Below, one piece after another: positions 1 to 12,314 of a DNA stretch of 64,000 nucleotides (position 1 is its first letter; each line of letters begins with the position of its first letter). The DNA lies in the NCBI GenBank assembly GCA_043228905.1, contig JBHGNT010000020.1, positions 13,082,001 to 13,146,000 on the forward strand, written 5' to 3'. Made by a program: the position numbers and the translations under genes. Under the pieces are notes generated by a model, which was given only the letters and a program-made list of their open reading frames with translations, did not search any database and had not been told where the DNA came from. The stretch is from Azolla caroliniana (taxonomy: Eukaryota > Plantae > Polypodiophyta).

Positions 1-1589
1 GCCCAACTTTTAAATATTTGTCCTACTCATCCATTTGACAAAGCTTTTCTAGTTTTCCGATAAAAGAATGCTCTCTAATTAGGATTTTCACATTATAGCA
101 CACCCAAGGAAGGAAAATGGCATGGCCCAATGACAGGTAGCAATGTATTTTACAGGAAAACAAACATTTTATTTTTTTATGAAATTTTCTTTTGGGTCCA
201 CCAAAGGTGGTCCAAGGGGAGGTTGCCTCTGCAAACCCTTTGATGGCGTGAGGATTTTGCCACACCATTTGCCTTCCTCCAGGCGAACATGAACATGTGA
301 TATGCATGTTCCATTAAGCACCCCACAAAAAGCTAACATAACTAAATGACAAAGTAAAATATATAATCATGTTTCCATATTCTTAAAAAGTATTATGCTA
401 TCCTAAAAGTTATGTATGGACAAAATTAAAGATCCTTCCAACTACACTTAAAAAAATGAGAAATTAGAAACAATATTTTCAGTGACAAACAATGTGTGAT
501 AATTGGCTTTGGTGCGCAGTCTGCAATCGTGCTTTGGACCTCAAATATATCTTTGAACTCTCGATCTCTCCACAACAATCTCTTTGGCATCACCAAGGCT
601 TCAATGACTTTGCCACAACCCTAAATTATAACACATGTGGAGCTTGGTACTAAATGGCCCAACCTTTGTGTGTTTTATAACAAACTTGGAGTTGCGACAA
701 AATAGGGCTTCCATTATAAATATAAATGGAGATTGTTCACAATTGACTCAATAAATAGTTGAATCATAGTGACTAAAACAAGATATGACATACTTAGGCA
801 TTGTCTCTCATAAGTAACATTAATATACGTTTTTGGTTACAACTCTCACACGTGTCTCTCAACATAGTATGCATAAAAATATGTAGGAGTACATGAAACT
901 CAAATATGTGTCCTATAAGGTTGTGTCATGCAATCAATGGTTGTCGATTCAAGGTTCAATCATAATTCATGTTGCATTAAGTAAGATAAAAAAACATTAT
1001 TTGTTTTAGTTTGAGATCATGCACTCTGTCAAGCTATGGGTTTGGTGTTAGCACTCACTTCTAAAATAATCATGGTGTGATGTTTAATTTGTTATGAAGG
1101 AAAATCTTCATTTGTTTAGTTTTGGGGTCACGCACAATTATGTTGTTGCATGCATGATATTTGAAAATCATCATGATTTTTTATGCTCATTAACATAAAC
1201 AATCTTCATGATTTTGATTCGAGATCATGCATGCACTCTAACGAAAATTCTCTAAAAAGTGTGGCTTTAAGTTTTAACAATCCCGTTTCTATGATCTAGC
1301 ATCCGAAAACAATATCAATGCTAACTAATGATTGTAGAAAAATGCATTAAACCTCAATTGCTAGATAGCAACATAGAGCTAAACCTACAATCTATACCAA
1401 CCATACATTGCAACAATATGCATTTATACCACGCATAAGTATCAAAACCTTTACACATTGCACAACGGTCACAATATTGTCTACGCATGGAGCTAAGATA
1501 TATCTAGTTTATAAATCTAATCTCTTCAGTTTCATTTTATGTCTTAGTTTTGGGGTTGGGGGACGGAAGGGTTTGCCAATGACCAATGA

Positions 1590-2960
1590 CCATAAAATAT
1601 ACCCTCTTAATGGGCCCCAACAACTATCATATATGTACTTTGTGGGAGAGGGGTCTCATTATGGGAGATACCAACTACCCATATTCAAGAAACAAAAACA
1701 AATATTTCCTCTCAATGGGGCTCCATAAACAAGGATCTCTTTTTTTCTCTTTTTTTTCCGGGTGAGGGTACCACCAGCTTATATTTGAGAAACAACCACC
1801 AAATATTTCCTCCATCAAGCTATCATATTTGTGGTGTGGCGGAGGGTCTCTTTATTGGGAAGCAAGTATCACTGGCCTACATTCAAGAAATAGAAACCAA
1901 ATATTTTTCTCTCAATAGGGGACCATTGCCTATCACATTAGTGGTGTGGGAGAAGATCTCTTGTTTTGGAGGGGGTTGGGGATACTACCAACCTATATTT
2001 GAGAAACAAAAACCATATATTTCCTTTTGACACCATTGACTAACGTAGATGGAATGGGAGAGGGTCTCTTAATGCCTAGGGTACCAACGTACTATATCAG
2101 GGAAACAAAACCCAAACATTTTTCCTTAATGAGGGACCATCGACCATCATAGATAGCACAATATAGGGGTCTCTTAATGGGGGTGGGGTGATTTTAATTA
2201 CCTATATTTGAGAAACAAAAACCAATTATTTCCTCTTATTGGATGCCCATTGACTATCTATAATGGATGGTGCGGAGAGGATCTCTTAATTAGGGAGGGA
2301 AACCACTAAACTATATTTAAGAAACAAAAACCAAATTTTTCCTTTTGATATGGGACTATTGACGGGCACAGACAACACACAAGATTATCTATATTTGAGA
2401 AATAAAAACAAACATTTCCTCTTATGGGGATACATTGAGAAACAAAAACCAAATATTTCTTCTTAATGGGGTCCCATTGACTATTATATATGACACGAGG
2501 GAGGGATCTCTTCATCTGGAAGATACCAAAATTACCTACATTCGAGAAACAAAAACCAAATCTTTCCTAATATTGGGGGTTCATTGACTACCATAGATGG
2601 GATGGGATTGGATAGAGGGGTCTCTTAATTGGACTTTTTGGGGATGGGGGTTGCCAACAACATATATTTGAGAAACAAATGCCGGAATATTCTCTTGATT
2701 GGGGACCGTCAACAATCATAGAGGGTGTGGGGCATCCACTATCAAAGTCTCTTAATTTGGGGGAGGTATCAACAACTTATATTTGAGAACAAATACCAAA
2801 TATTTCCTCGTAACGGGGAATCATCACCTATCACAAATGGTATGGAGGAGGGTCTATTAACAAGTTTAAGGGGTTATTAACGACCTATATTCTAGAAACG
2901 AAAACCACACATTTTCTCTTAATGGAGGACCATCGACCATCAACCATCATCAATGGCATG
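1590..2960. repeat. Degenerate tandem array, about 13-14 units of about 100-120 bp
   Basis: The core ATATTTGAGAAACAAAAACCAAATATTTCCTCTTAATGGGG recurs near 1681, 1781, 1879, 1996, 2093, 2204, 2313, 2391, 2432, 2538, 2664, 2779 and 2887. It is usually followed by CCATTGACTATCAT...GGAGAGGGTCTCTTAAT. Confidence 0.85.
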
Positions 2961-3769
2961 GGTGAGGGATTAAATTTATCCATAAGAAAAAAGAACAACT
3001 TTCCTCGTAGGTTTGATTGAGCAGTTGAAGTGTAAAAAGTCATTTGCGTGAACATCTTGGTGACGGCTTTGTCAATTGCCATGATTTAGAATTCTACTCA
3101 AGCCTTTCAAGTACATGTCCATTTGTGAAAACAATGGTGTTTTAGCTACACTTTTAGAGTATGCTTGATTGAACTCATGCCTCAATCTTCCGTTTGCACT
3201 TGCTATAGCTTCTACCATGTATTGCTATTGTATAGTTAATTGTTATTATGACCTCAATGTCACAATGTGCCCTTCTAAGTGCCATGAAAGCCATTTGTCC
3301 TATTAACAATAAATCATGCATGGCAATCGAGGGAGGGATAAAGGCTCATAACCCTATCAACATTGCAAAATGTAATCCTACCTTCTGTACACAATATTTA
3401 AGAGGGACATCGATGACTTACACACGTGGCAATTAGTGTCATATCAAATCGCGCGGTGTCGCCTCGCCATTAGAACGTGTCCTTCAAGTGCTCATGGTTC
3501 CAAGTTACGTATTTCCGGATACATGAACAAACGACTATGGCCCACATTGACAATACAAAAGCATGACACTTGAGTGCCTCCCAGGCACCTAAGCTACTGG
3601 GGTTCAACTCCCCACTCATGCACAAACAAGAACAAATTGTGTAACTGCTGGCGAGGTGAGCTTCGCCATCAGGAGGGAATCAAGATAACCACGACCAACA
3701 CCATAATAGAGGTTGTGGTTAGCGCTAGGGAAATCACAACCCTCGCCTAGAAATCACACACAATCTCCT

Positions 3770-3970
3770 TCCTAGTGTGAACGCGGACGGGAGAAACGGA
3801 GGTCCACGGAAACCCTCACCGACAAATCACACACAGTGTCCTTTCCCAGTGTGAATGCAAACAGGAGAAACGGAGATCCACGGGCAACGAAGGTTAAGTA
3901 CCCTCATCGAGAAATCAAACACAATGTCATTCCCAGTGTGAACACGGACAGGACAAATGGGGGTCCACGT
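3770..3970. repeat. Three degenerate copies of an about 40-bp motif (CCCAGTGTGAACRCGGACRGGAGAAACGGAGGTCCACG)
   Basis: Copies near 3771, 3845 and 3932, spaced about 75-87 bp apart. Confidence 0.75.
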
Positions 3971-4127
3971 GCGTGTTAGGACATACATTTTTTTGATTAG
4001 GTAGGTATGTATATACACACACCACTTTTGAGCCTTCTTAGATCGAGACGCATTGGGAGGGGTATTCGGGTAAATATCTGAAAAATATAGCCTTTGTACG
4101 CAAACGCGCTGGGGCGTGACGTGATTG

Positions 4128-4232
4128 ATTGACACGTGGCGGGTCGTTGATTCCCTTATGACGTGGCGAGGCGGCCTTTTACCGTTGAGACGCTTTCTAG
4201 GCCGCCGGCGCCACGTGGCATGCCACGTCATG
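4128..4232. promoter_or_regulatory. Cluster of G-box/ABRE-like ACGTGGC motifs upstream of PIP5K
   Basis: GACACGTGGC (4131), GACGTGGCG (4160), GCCACGTGGC (4210) and GCCACGTC (4223) lie within about 100 bp in a GC-rich island. Confidence 0.45.
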
Positions 4233-5791
4233 CCCAAGAAGCCTTCCAGGAAACAGAGAATGAGATAACACAAAATCCAAATGAAAATGAAAATATTAAA
4301 GTAATAATAATTTATCATTAAAAAAAAAATCATTAAAAAAAAAATAAAAAAAAATTGAAATTGAAATTAAAATTGAAAATAAAATTAACATTAAAATATC
4401 GTTTCGGAAGATAGAAGAATAAATTCGGGGAGAAAGAACAAAACAAAAATATGATATGATTTCCGCATTTATTGATTTTAAAAGAAAAGAAAAGAAAAGA
4501 AAAAGAAAAGAAAAAAGCATTTGAGAAAAAGCAAGAAAGAAAGAAAAGAGAAGACTTCTTTTAAATACATATAAAAATAGGGATTATTAATTTTAATTCA
4601 CATTTTTTTTTCGTTATTTTCATAATCCGTGAAAAAGCAGAAAGCAAAGGGAGAAAGGAAACAGGCGAAGACAAAAAGCAAGCGAAAGTGACAGCCGGGA
4701 AGCAGAAAAAGCAAAAAGCAAAAAGCAAAAAGCAAAAAGCAAAAAGCAAGAGAGAAGAAAATCCAGGAAAAAGGGAAAGCAAGAGAGAGGAAAAAACGGA
4801 ACACACAGGAAATTGAGTTCTGCGTCGTTCTGCACAGATACATATACGATATATATATATATATATCTCTGTGTCTTTGATCGAATCTTCTGCAGGAGGC
4901 TATGGCTTTTTCTTCTTCTTCTTCTTCTTCTTCTTCTCTGCATCTCTAGTTCGATCAGGGTTTCTCACGAGAATCCATTGTCTTTTTCTTTTGATCCTTT
5001 CTCCCCTGCTTATTATCGCCGTCCTATATATTATTCAGATATACTTGTTTGAAATTATATGTGTATTTTGCTTTTCCCTCTTCCTTCAATCTTGCAGTCG
5101 ATGCCCTGCTTGCCTGCGTTTTTAATCATCCTCTCAGAAGAGCCCCGCTCTTTCCTTTCTCTGCAAATCGTCTCAGGACCAGAAAATAAATAGATGAAGG
5201 AGCGCCATTAGAAGGAAGTGATATATGTATATATGTATGAACTTCTTCTAAGGAAGCAAGAAAGCAAGAAGGAAGACAGTCAGAAGCACTACCGAAATAA
5301 GAAAAAAGATGGAAAAGGTTGAAGAAAGAAAAAGGGAGTTAGCATGGCTCTAATTCAAAATGTGGATTTTGAATCTTTGAGTATATCCATTTGATTCTTT
5401 CTCTGTAAAATCATCTAGGAAAGAAGATCAAGGAAGAAGCAGAAGGCTTGTTCCTCTGCTTTTAATCTGCGCATTTTCTTTTCTGCGTTCTTTTCTTCGA
5501 GAGGATCTGTTCTTTACAATCTTCTGAGACGATCTATTCATTTCAATATCTGAGGAAATCTCCGCGGGAAAAAAAACCAGAAAAAGAATCAGAGAAGTAG
5601 AACAAGATTCACGAGGGAGAGAAATAATCTCATTCTACATTGCTTCCTTCCATCCTGTAACGTCACTTTTTTTCAGACTTCCATCTTCTTGGTCGTTAGT
5701 AAAACGTAATATCAGAGACTCACAGAAACATTTATTTATATACATGTATCTCAGTTACATTATTATCCGAAGAAAGGATTTTTTTGAAGCT

Positions 5792-6721
5792 ATGGAAGCA
5801 TGTCCATTATGTAAAGAAAGCCATTTACTTTCATGAGAAGCCATTTTTGTCTTCTTCTTCTTCTTCATCATCATCACAGTGGCGAGCCTCAGAGATAAAG
5901 TAGGTTCTCTCAGAACCTTGTTTAATGACTTCCATTTCCAATCCAGGAAAGCCTCAGTGGTTCCGGAAAACACAGAATTTCGTCCAGGATCTTCACAATT
6001 CTGTGAAGGAGAAGAAGAAGGTTTGTTCATGACGAGCCATGAAGTAGTGAATGAAGAATTGGCTCCATCAATCAATATCAACACTGTAGATTCAAAGTCT
6101 GACACCGTGATGTGTGAAAGGTTATTCAGAAATGGTGATATTTATGTGGGATCTTGGCACGGAAACTTGCCAGAAGGAATGGGGAAATATCTATGGTCAG
6201 ATGGATGTATGTACGCAGGAGAATGGAGCAAAGGAAAGAAATCAGGGAATGGGAAGATCTCGTGGCCTTCTGGAGCTACTTATGAGGGTGATTTCATGGC
6301 TGGATATATACATGGAATTGGAACATTTACATCTATGGATGGAAACACCTACAAAGGGAGTTGGTTTATGAATGATAAGAAAGGTTTGGGGACAAAAAGC
6401 TATGGAAATGGAGATGTGTATGAAGGTTCATGGAATCATGGAGTAGCAGAAGGAGTGGGGAGATATATATGGAAAAATGGGAATGAGTATGTCGGTGATT
6501 GGAAATCAGGAATTATGTCTGGGAGAGGAGTATTGATGTGGTCATGTGGAGATAAGTATGATGGTCAATGGTTAGATGGCCAGCAACATGGCTATGGTGT
6601 TTTCACATGGTGTGATGGAGGTAGTTATGTGGGTAGTTGGAGCAGAGGATTGAAAGATGGTAAAGGAATCTATATTCCTCCAAGAAAAAAACTTGGTGGA
6701 CAAAATGAAGATGATGAAGAC

Positions 6722-6752
<31 letters not shown>

Positions 6753-9700
6753 TAGTTGTAGAAGAAGAAGAAGATACGAAATCACATTTCTCATTTCAGA
6801 TTGAAAGGCCACACTTTTCGTCTGTTTCTGATATTGAGTGCTCAAGTGGATCAGAAAATGATGGACTAGAGAATTGCTTGTCTTTCGATCGATGCCGAAG
6901 TCTTGATGATTTGGATGTTCAAACTCTTTGTTTGGACTCTGTGAACATCTTCAAAAGAGAGAATGATAATGACAATGCTGTTGTAAATGGAGATGCATTT
7001 CGATTACCATTAACTCAAGATGTTCTGCAAACATCTGTCATTGAGAGAGAATATGCACAGGGTGTGCTCATAAATGAACTAGTCAAAGGAAATGCGAGAA
7101 AGCATGTGAGAAGGAAGCACTGTGTGGAAGAACCAAAGAAGACAGGGGAGACGATCTTTAAAGGGCATCAGCATTACCATTTAATGCTGAATTTGCAGCT
7201 GGGAATTAGGTGTGAGTTAAAAACCGTTCCTTCAATCCTAGCAAAAATCTAACATACTCCTGCATTTTACTATATTGCTCCAATGGCTCTTAAGTTTTTC
7301 ATTATTTTCCCCAATGCCAGATGGCAATAGTTGGTGGTATTTGAGCAATTATGTGATCTATCCCATCCCTGCATTCTCAAATTTATGCTGTGTTGGACAA
7401 TTATTTTGTCAATGTATTTCCTTTTTCTCTCTTTGGGGAATTGACCTTGGGCATTCAGAGATAAATCTGAAACTAAGGGGCTTCCGAGGAAATAATGGAG
7501 AACTCAGGATGCTTAAGATGTTTTCCTTCAATTTGCTATCAATTGGAACCTTCTAATACGCATTATGAAGCTTCTCATGATTTATAAGATCTGGACATTG
7601 TTTTTTCAGATATACTGTTGGGAAGATTACTCCGGAGCCAAGGAGAGATATCAGTCCTTCTGACTTTGGTCCTAAAGCTAGGATTTGGATGAACTTTCCA
7701 AGAGAAGGGTCTCAGCTCACACCTCCACATCAGTCTAATGATTTCAAGTGGAAAGACTACTGTCCTGTGGTTTTTAGGTAAGCATAACAGTCTGTTTACA
7801 AATGTAATTTCTACAAACGTAGAGATCCTTGGAATATCCCCGTGTTTTTTGTTATTTCCCCAGATGCCCTGAAGTTTTTGTTATTTCCCCAAATATCCTT
7901 GGCCTGCACACTCCTGGATAATCATATGCGTTATACGACCAATGCATCTATTGTATGGTAATCTCACCCTCCTCCTTTTCACTCTTTCGGGGGAAAAATG
8001 GGAACTAGGACCATCTATGGAAATAAAGAAACACTCAGGGTTATGCCAGGAATTTTTCCTTTCCTCAGATGTTTGCATAATCGAAGCAAATGCAGATGCC
8101 AATTATCCCCCTTTTCTTCTCTTCAGGGGTTCATCAGAGGGGAATTTTGAGGAGTATCAAAAACTTAGGGTCATCTGGGGTAATAAAAGAAAATTTGGCG
8201 GTATTTCACGGTCTTATCTTCTACAAATATTTGTGTAATAGTTTATTAATGCAGATGCTATGGAAATAAAGATAAAATTTGAGAATAGAAACAAGTCATC
8301 AGCGTGAGTTCAAATTAACAACTCATTGGCGTGAGTTCAAATTTTTGTAGGCACTTGAGAGAGTTGTTCATGATAGATACAGCAGATTATATGCTCTCAG
8401 TTTGTGGAAGTAATGGTTTGAGAGAGCTTTCATCACCTGGGAAAAGTGGAAGTGCCTTTTATCTTTCTCATGATGATCGCTTTATGATCAAAACCATGCG
8501 AAAAGCTGAGGTCAAGGTGAGTTTTGAATTAGTACTACATGTACAAATCTGTTATAATGAATTGGGTTATAGAATGCACTTGGCAGTATAGAAAAAAGGA
8601 CTAATGTTCTCTTTTCCCTTTTTTTGTTGTTGGATTTTTCTTTTTATGTTTTTTAGGTCTTGCTTGCAATGCTTCCAAACTATTACAATCATGTCAAAAC
8701 ATATGAAAATACTCTCATAACCAAGTTTTTTGGTCTGCATCGCATCAAACCTGCAGGGGGCCACAAGGTTTTGTGTCTTTTCCTAATTGTTATTCATTTA
8801 GCTAAATAGTTTAGAAATATGCTGTTTATGTAAGAAATTATCAAAATCTTGTGGTTTTAATTCAACTGCAAAATTATCTAGATATTCTAGAAATATTAGT
8901 TTAAAAATAAATGTAACCTTGTTTATTAGCCATATACTTAAATATACTTAAGAAATTTAGCTTGCTCATTCGCAATATATTTTGGTAACACTGTCTATTA
9001 ACTAAATATCTTTAGATATACCTGGTTTATTATCCAAAATGTTTAGACATAAACATTGTCTATCAGCCAAATATTTTTCCAAAAAATGTTTTTTAGGAAG
9101 CTAAATAGCTTAATATATCTTGTTATATGTGCTAAATGTTTTTTAAAATATACTTTATACCTTGTTTTTTGTGGTGCAGGTTCGTTTTGTAGTAATGGGC
9201 AACATGTTCTGTACAGAGCTGCAAATCCATAGAAGGTTTGACTTGAAAGGCTCTTCTCAAGGGCGTGCTGCTGATAAGGTACAAATGGATGAGAACACTA
9301 CCCTTAAGGACTTGGATTTGGACTTTGTCTTCCGGCTTGAACCGTCCTGGAGAAAGGCTTTATTAAGGTTTGTAGTTCTATGTGCTTTAGTTTTTTTATC
9401 AACCTCTAATATGTGTGGCATAGGTAGACTCAATTGAAGTTCCTAATGAGACCTACATCATTATGTGCTTTGCAATTTGTCTGCAGGCAGATCGAGTGTG
9501 ATTGTAAGTTTCTTGAGTCAGAACGAATTATGGATTATAGTCTCTTGTTAGGTGTCCACTTCAGGGCACCACAATTTCCCACAATGTTTTCCGGAGGCAA
9601 CCCGTTTCGGAAAGAAGGTATATGCCTATTCATGTGTAACATTGATGACTTCGAGAGGAATGATGGAAAATTTCATATGGCCCATTTCTCATGTATACGA

Positions 9701-10448
9701 TGATAAGAATGATGGAAAGTTTTCATTAAGTATCCTTGTCAAATTTGCACAATTTCTGTTGAATTAACCTTGAAATATGAAGAATCAGACACCTTATGTA
9801 AGAAATGTTGCATTTACGTAATGTGGTGTTGATCAATCATGATAGGTTCTGAAAGTTTGGTTCTTGTTGCTCATGAACCTGATAAAAATATGATACCATC
9901 GGCGGCGGGTTCTCATGTAAGAGGGAGTCCTTTGAAAGCTTCTGCAGCTGGCAATGAAGAGATTGATCTGTTGCTTCCAGGGACTGCTAGGTGGGTCTTT
10001 TACTTTGTGGTTTCAATTATTTATTTCTTATTGGAAAATATATTTTATAAACCATATATATTATATTTTTTTGTTTGTGAACAATTTCCAGCCTCAGTTT
10101 TTTGATCTTCAGTTTTTCATATAGAAAAATATAATTTTTAATGAAGCGTTTTATTTATTTTTTCTTTTGTGATATAGGTTGAGGATACTCTTAGGTGTTA
10201 ACATGCCAGCGAGGGCTGATCGCAAGCCATTGAGTAAGGTACAAGAGTATTCAGGAGAAGCTTATGATGTGGTGCTATATTTTGGTATCATTGACATATT
10301 GCAAGAATATGATATGAGCAAGAGGTTAGAACATGCTTACAAATCTCTACACTATGATTCCTCATCTTTTTCGGCGGTCGAGCCGAGTCTTTACTCAAGA
10401 CGCTTCCAAGACTTCATAAGGAAGACTTTTCCAGATAGTTGGGATTGA
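5792..10448 (+). CDS. PIP5K: Phosphatidylinositol 4-phosphate 5-kinase with 8 MORN repeats (subfamily B, PIP5K7/8/9-like)
   Basis: Exons with GT-AG boundaries: 5792-5810, 5880-7209, 7610-7777, 8351-8516, 8657-8767, 9180-9367, 9487-9617, 9846-9990, 10178-10448. Eight MORN repeats (e.g. [16 protein letters not shown]). Kinase motifs [56 protein letters not shown] and [10 protein letters not shown]. The start and first micro-exon are inferred. Confidence 0.95.
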
Positions 10449-10504
10449 TTGACTATGTGAGACAGTCGATAATGTTTCTCCGAGTTAATAATATATGCAT
10501 GGAG

Positions 10505-10790
10505 TGGAAGATTTTTGCAGTGGTTCATTACATCTTCGGGGCTGTATGTATCCATCCTTCTCGTGATGGTGATTCGATATATCATCTGGCAATGGTCATT
10601 TTTGCAATGATTCATTGCATCTTCAGTATGTCCTCTGCGATGGGGATTTTTGCAACTATTCCTCACATCTTCAGTATATCTTCTTATGATGGGCAATACT
10701 TGCAACAATTCCTTGCTTCTTTGGTATATCTTCTTACAATGCTGAGATTGGCAACGAGAATTCCTGCATCTTCGGTATGTGTTTTTGCCA
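10505..10790. repeat. Degenerate about 48-bp repeats just downstream of the PIP5K stop (likely 3' UTR)
   Basis: Units resembling ATTTTTGCAA..ATTCNTTGCATCTTCAGTATRT near 10511, 10599, 10646, 10697 and 10746. Confidence 0.6.
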
Positions 10791-12271
10791 TGTTGCATCG
10801 TTGGTATTTTATCTGTTCTATATATCTTGTTCCAAGGTATGGTTCATGTTTGGTATATGGATATATGGGATCCACATTCGGAAGAATCAGTAGAAATGTC
10901 TCTTTTGCTGACTTCCTGCGAGCAATGTAATCAAGACGTGTAACAATGGTGAATTGAAAGATGGTGCAATGTAATTAACATAGGTATAACAAGGTGGAAT
11001 CAAAGGGTGGTGTATTAATCCTGTTAAATTAAAACCACCATAAACTCCAATGCATATGAAGTTGTCGGGATTATGTAACAAATTTTCTCAACCGGTTATA
11101 TAGAATAAAAATGTACCTTTGATGATAGCCGTTGAGATTTGCCTGGCCTCATTTGTAAAAAAGATATCTTTACTTTTTCCCAATGTTTTCTCTGGAGTTT
11201 ATGACTTTCAAGATTTCTAAACTCTGGTTCCTTATAATGCATCAATGTGAGTTGTGTTTATCATCGTGTGCATGTAATCTAAACTAGGATTTATGAGAAA
11301 ATTTCAACAATGTATTATATGCACTATACTAGTGCATTTGTAGTGTGTATATAACTGAACCAGGCTGTATCTTCTGATGTTGACAAAATGTGAGCTAGGA
11401 TTTTGAACTATTCACCGAAGTGTTGAGTGTGGTAGTAGTACATTGGGAGGTTGTTTAGAAACACCATACATGGTCCCATGTGCACGTAATGCTAGCTAGG
11501 ATTTAAGCGAACTCTTCAATGGGGTCTTTATGCATGATCCTAGTACCTAGTACACATTTACATGTAAACAAAGGTATTAATGGGAAATTAGCTTGATGTG
11601 CTACAACTGATCACAATAAGTGCACATTGTGGAATGTAAAATATGTTGGCAAAAAAGTCATATTTGATGCATGAACCTCACAAACTTTTACCCATCAAGG
11701 AGATGTTGGAGAAGCAAATCAAAATGTTTGTAAAGCAACATTGCCAAATTGACAATAAATGCAATATCCTTACCAAGTTTCAACGTTATGTTTTTTCAGA
11801 AAAGAGAAATAACTTTTTAAAAAGTATTAATGCTCTACAGTAAATGCAGCATTACCCTGCTATCTTAATATGATCTCAAAAGGCAATTGTATTCTTTAAA
11901 CATGACTTCTTGTTGTACGTTTTTTTTTACCAAGTTTTCACCCTTTGGGCAAACACTCTCCCTCTCAATTGTATTCTTTAATGTGTGCGCGCACAAGTGT
12001 TTATGTGTGTCATGAGTCTTGACTCTTGAGCTATAGCCATTGTGATAATGTCTCATTATTATAAGACAAACAAGCTAATGACCATCTTTCCGAGGAGAAA
12101 TTACCAACTCAATGAAGTCAAATATGATTTAGGGTGATTTCTTGTATTGGGGTTGTACTCTAGTGGTAAGCCATATTCATTAACCACGAGTGCAATCTTA
12201 CTAATTACACAACTTTACTAGAACATAACACATGCGCTTGTGTGATGTGAGTGTGCACATACACACAGGCA

Positions 12272-12314
<43 letters not shown>

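Noticed and set aside
1590-2960. CRISPR-like appearance (conserved core with variable intervals)
   Set aside because: The repeats are degenerate, the intervals are homologous to each other rather than unique spacers, there are no cas genes, and the context is eukaryotic.
3827-5125. Several overlapping ORFs rich in F/L/Y/I/R
   Set aside because: They arise from A-rich, (GCAAAAA)n, (TA)n and (CTT)n low-complexity promoter/5' UTR sequence and have no domain signal.
10391-10930. 163-aa hydrophobic ORF (+) and 135-aa ORF (-) overlapping the PIP5K end
   Set aside because: Both are explained by the 48-bp degenerate repeats, have no recognisable family, and overlap the PIP5K stop and UTR.
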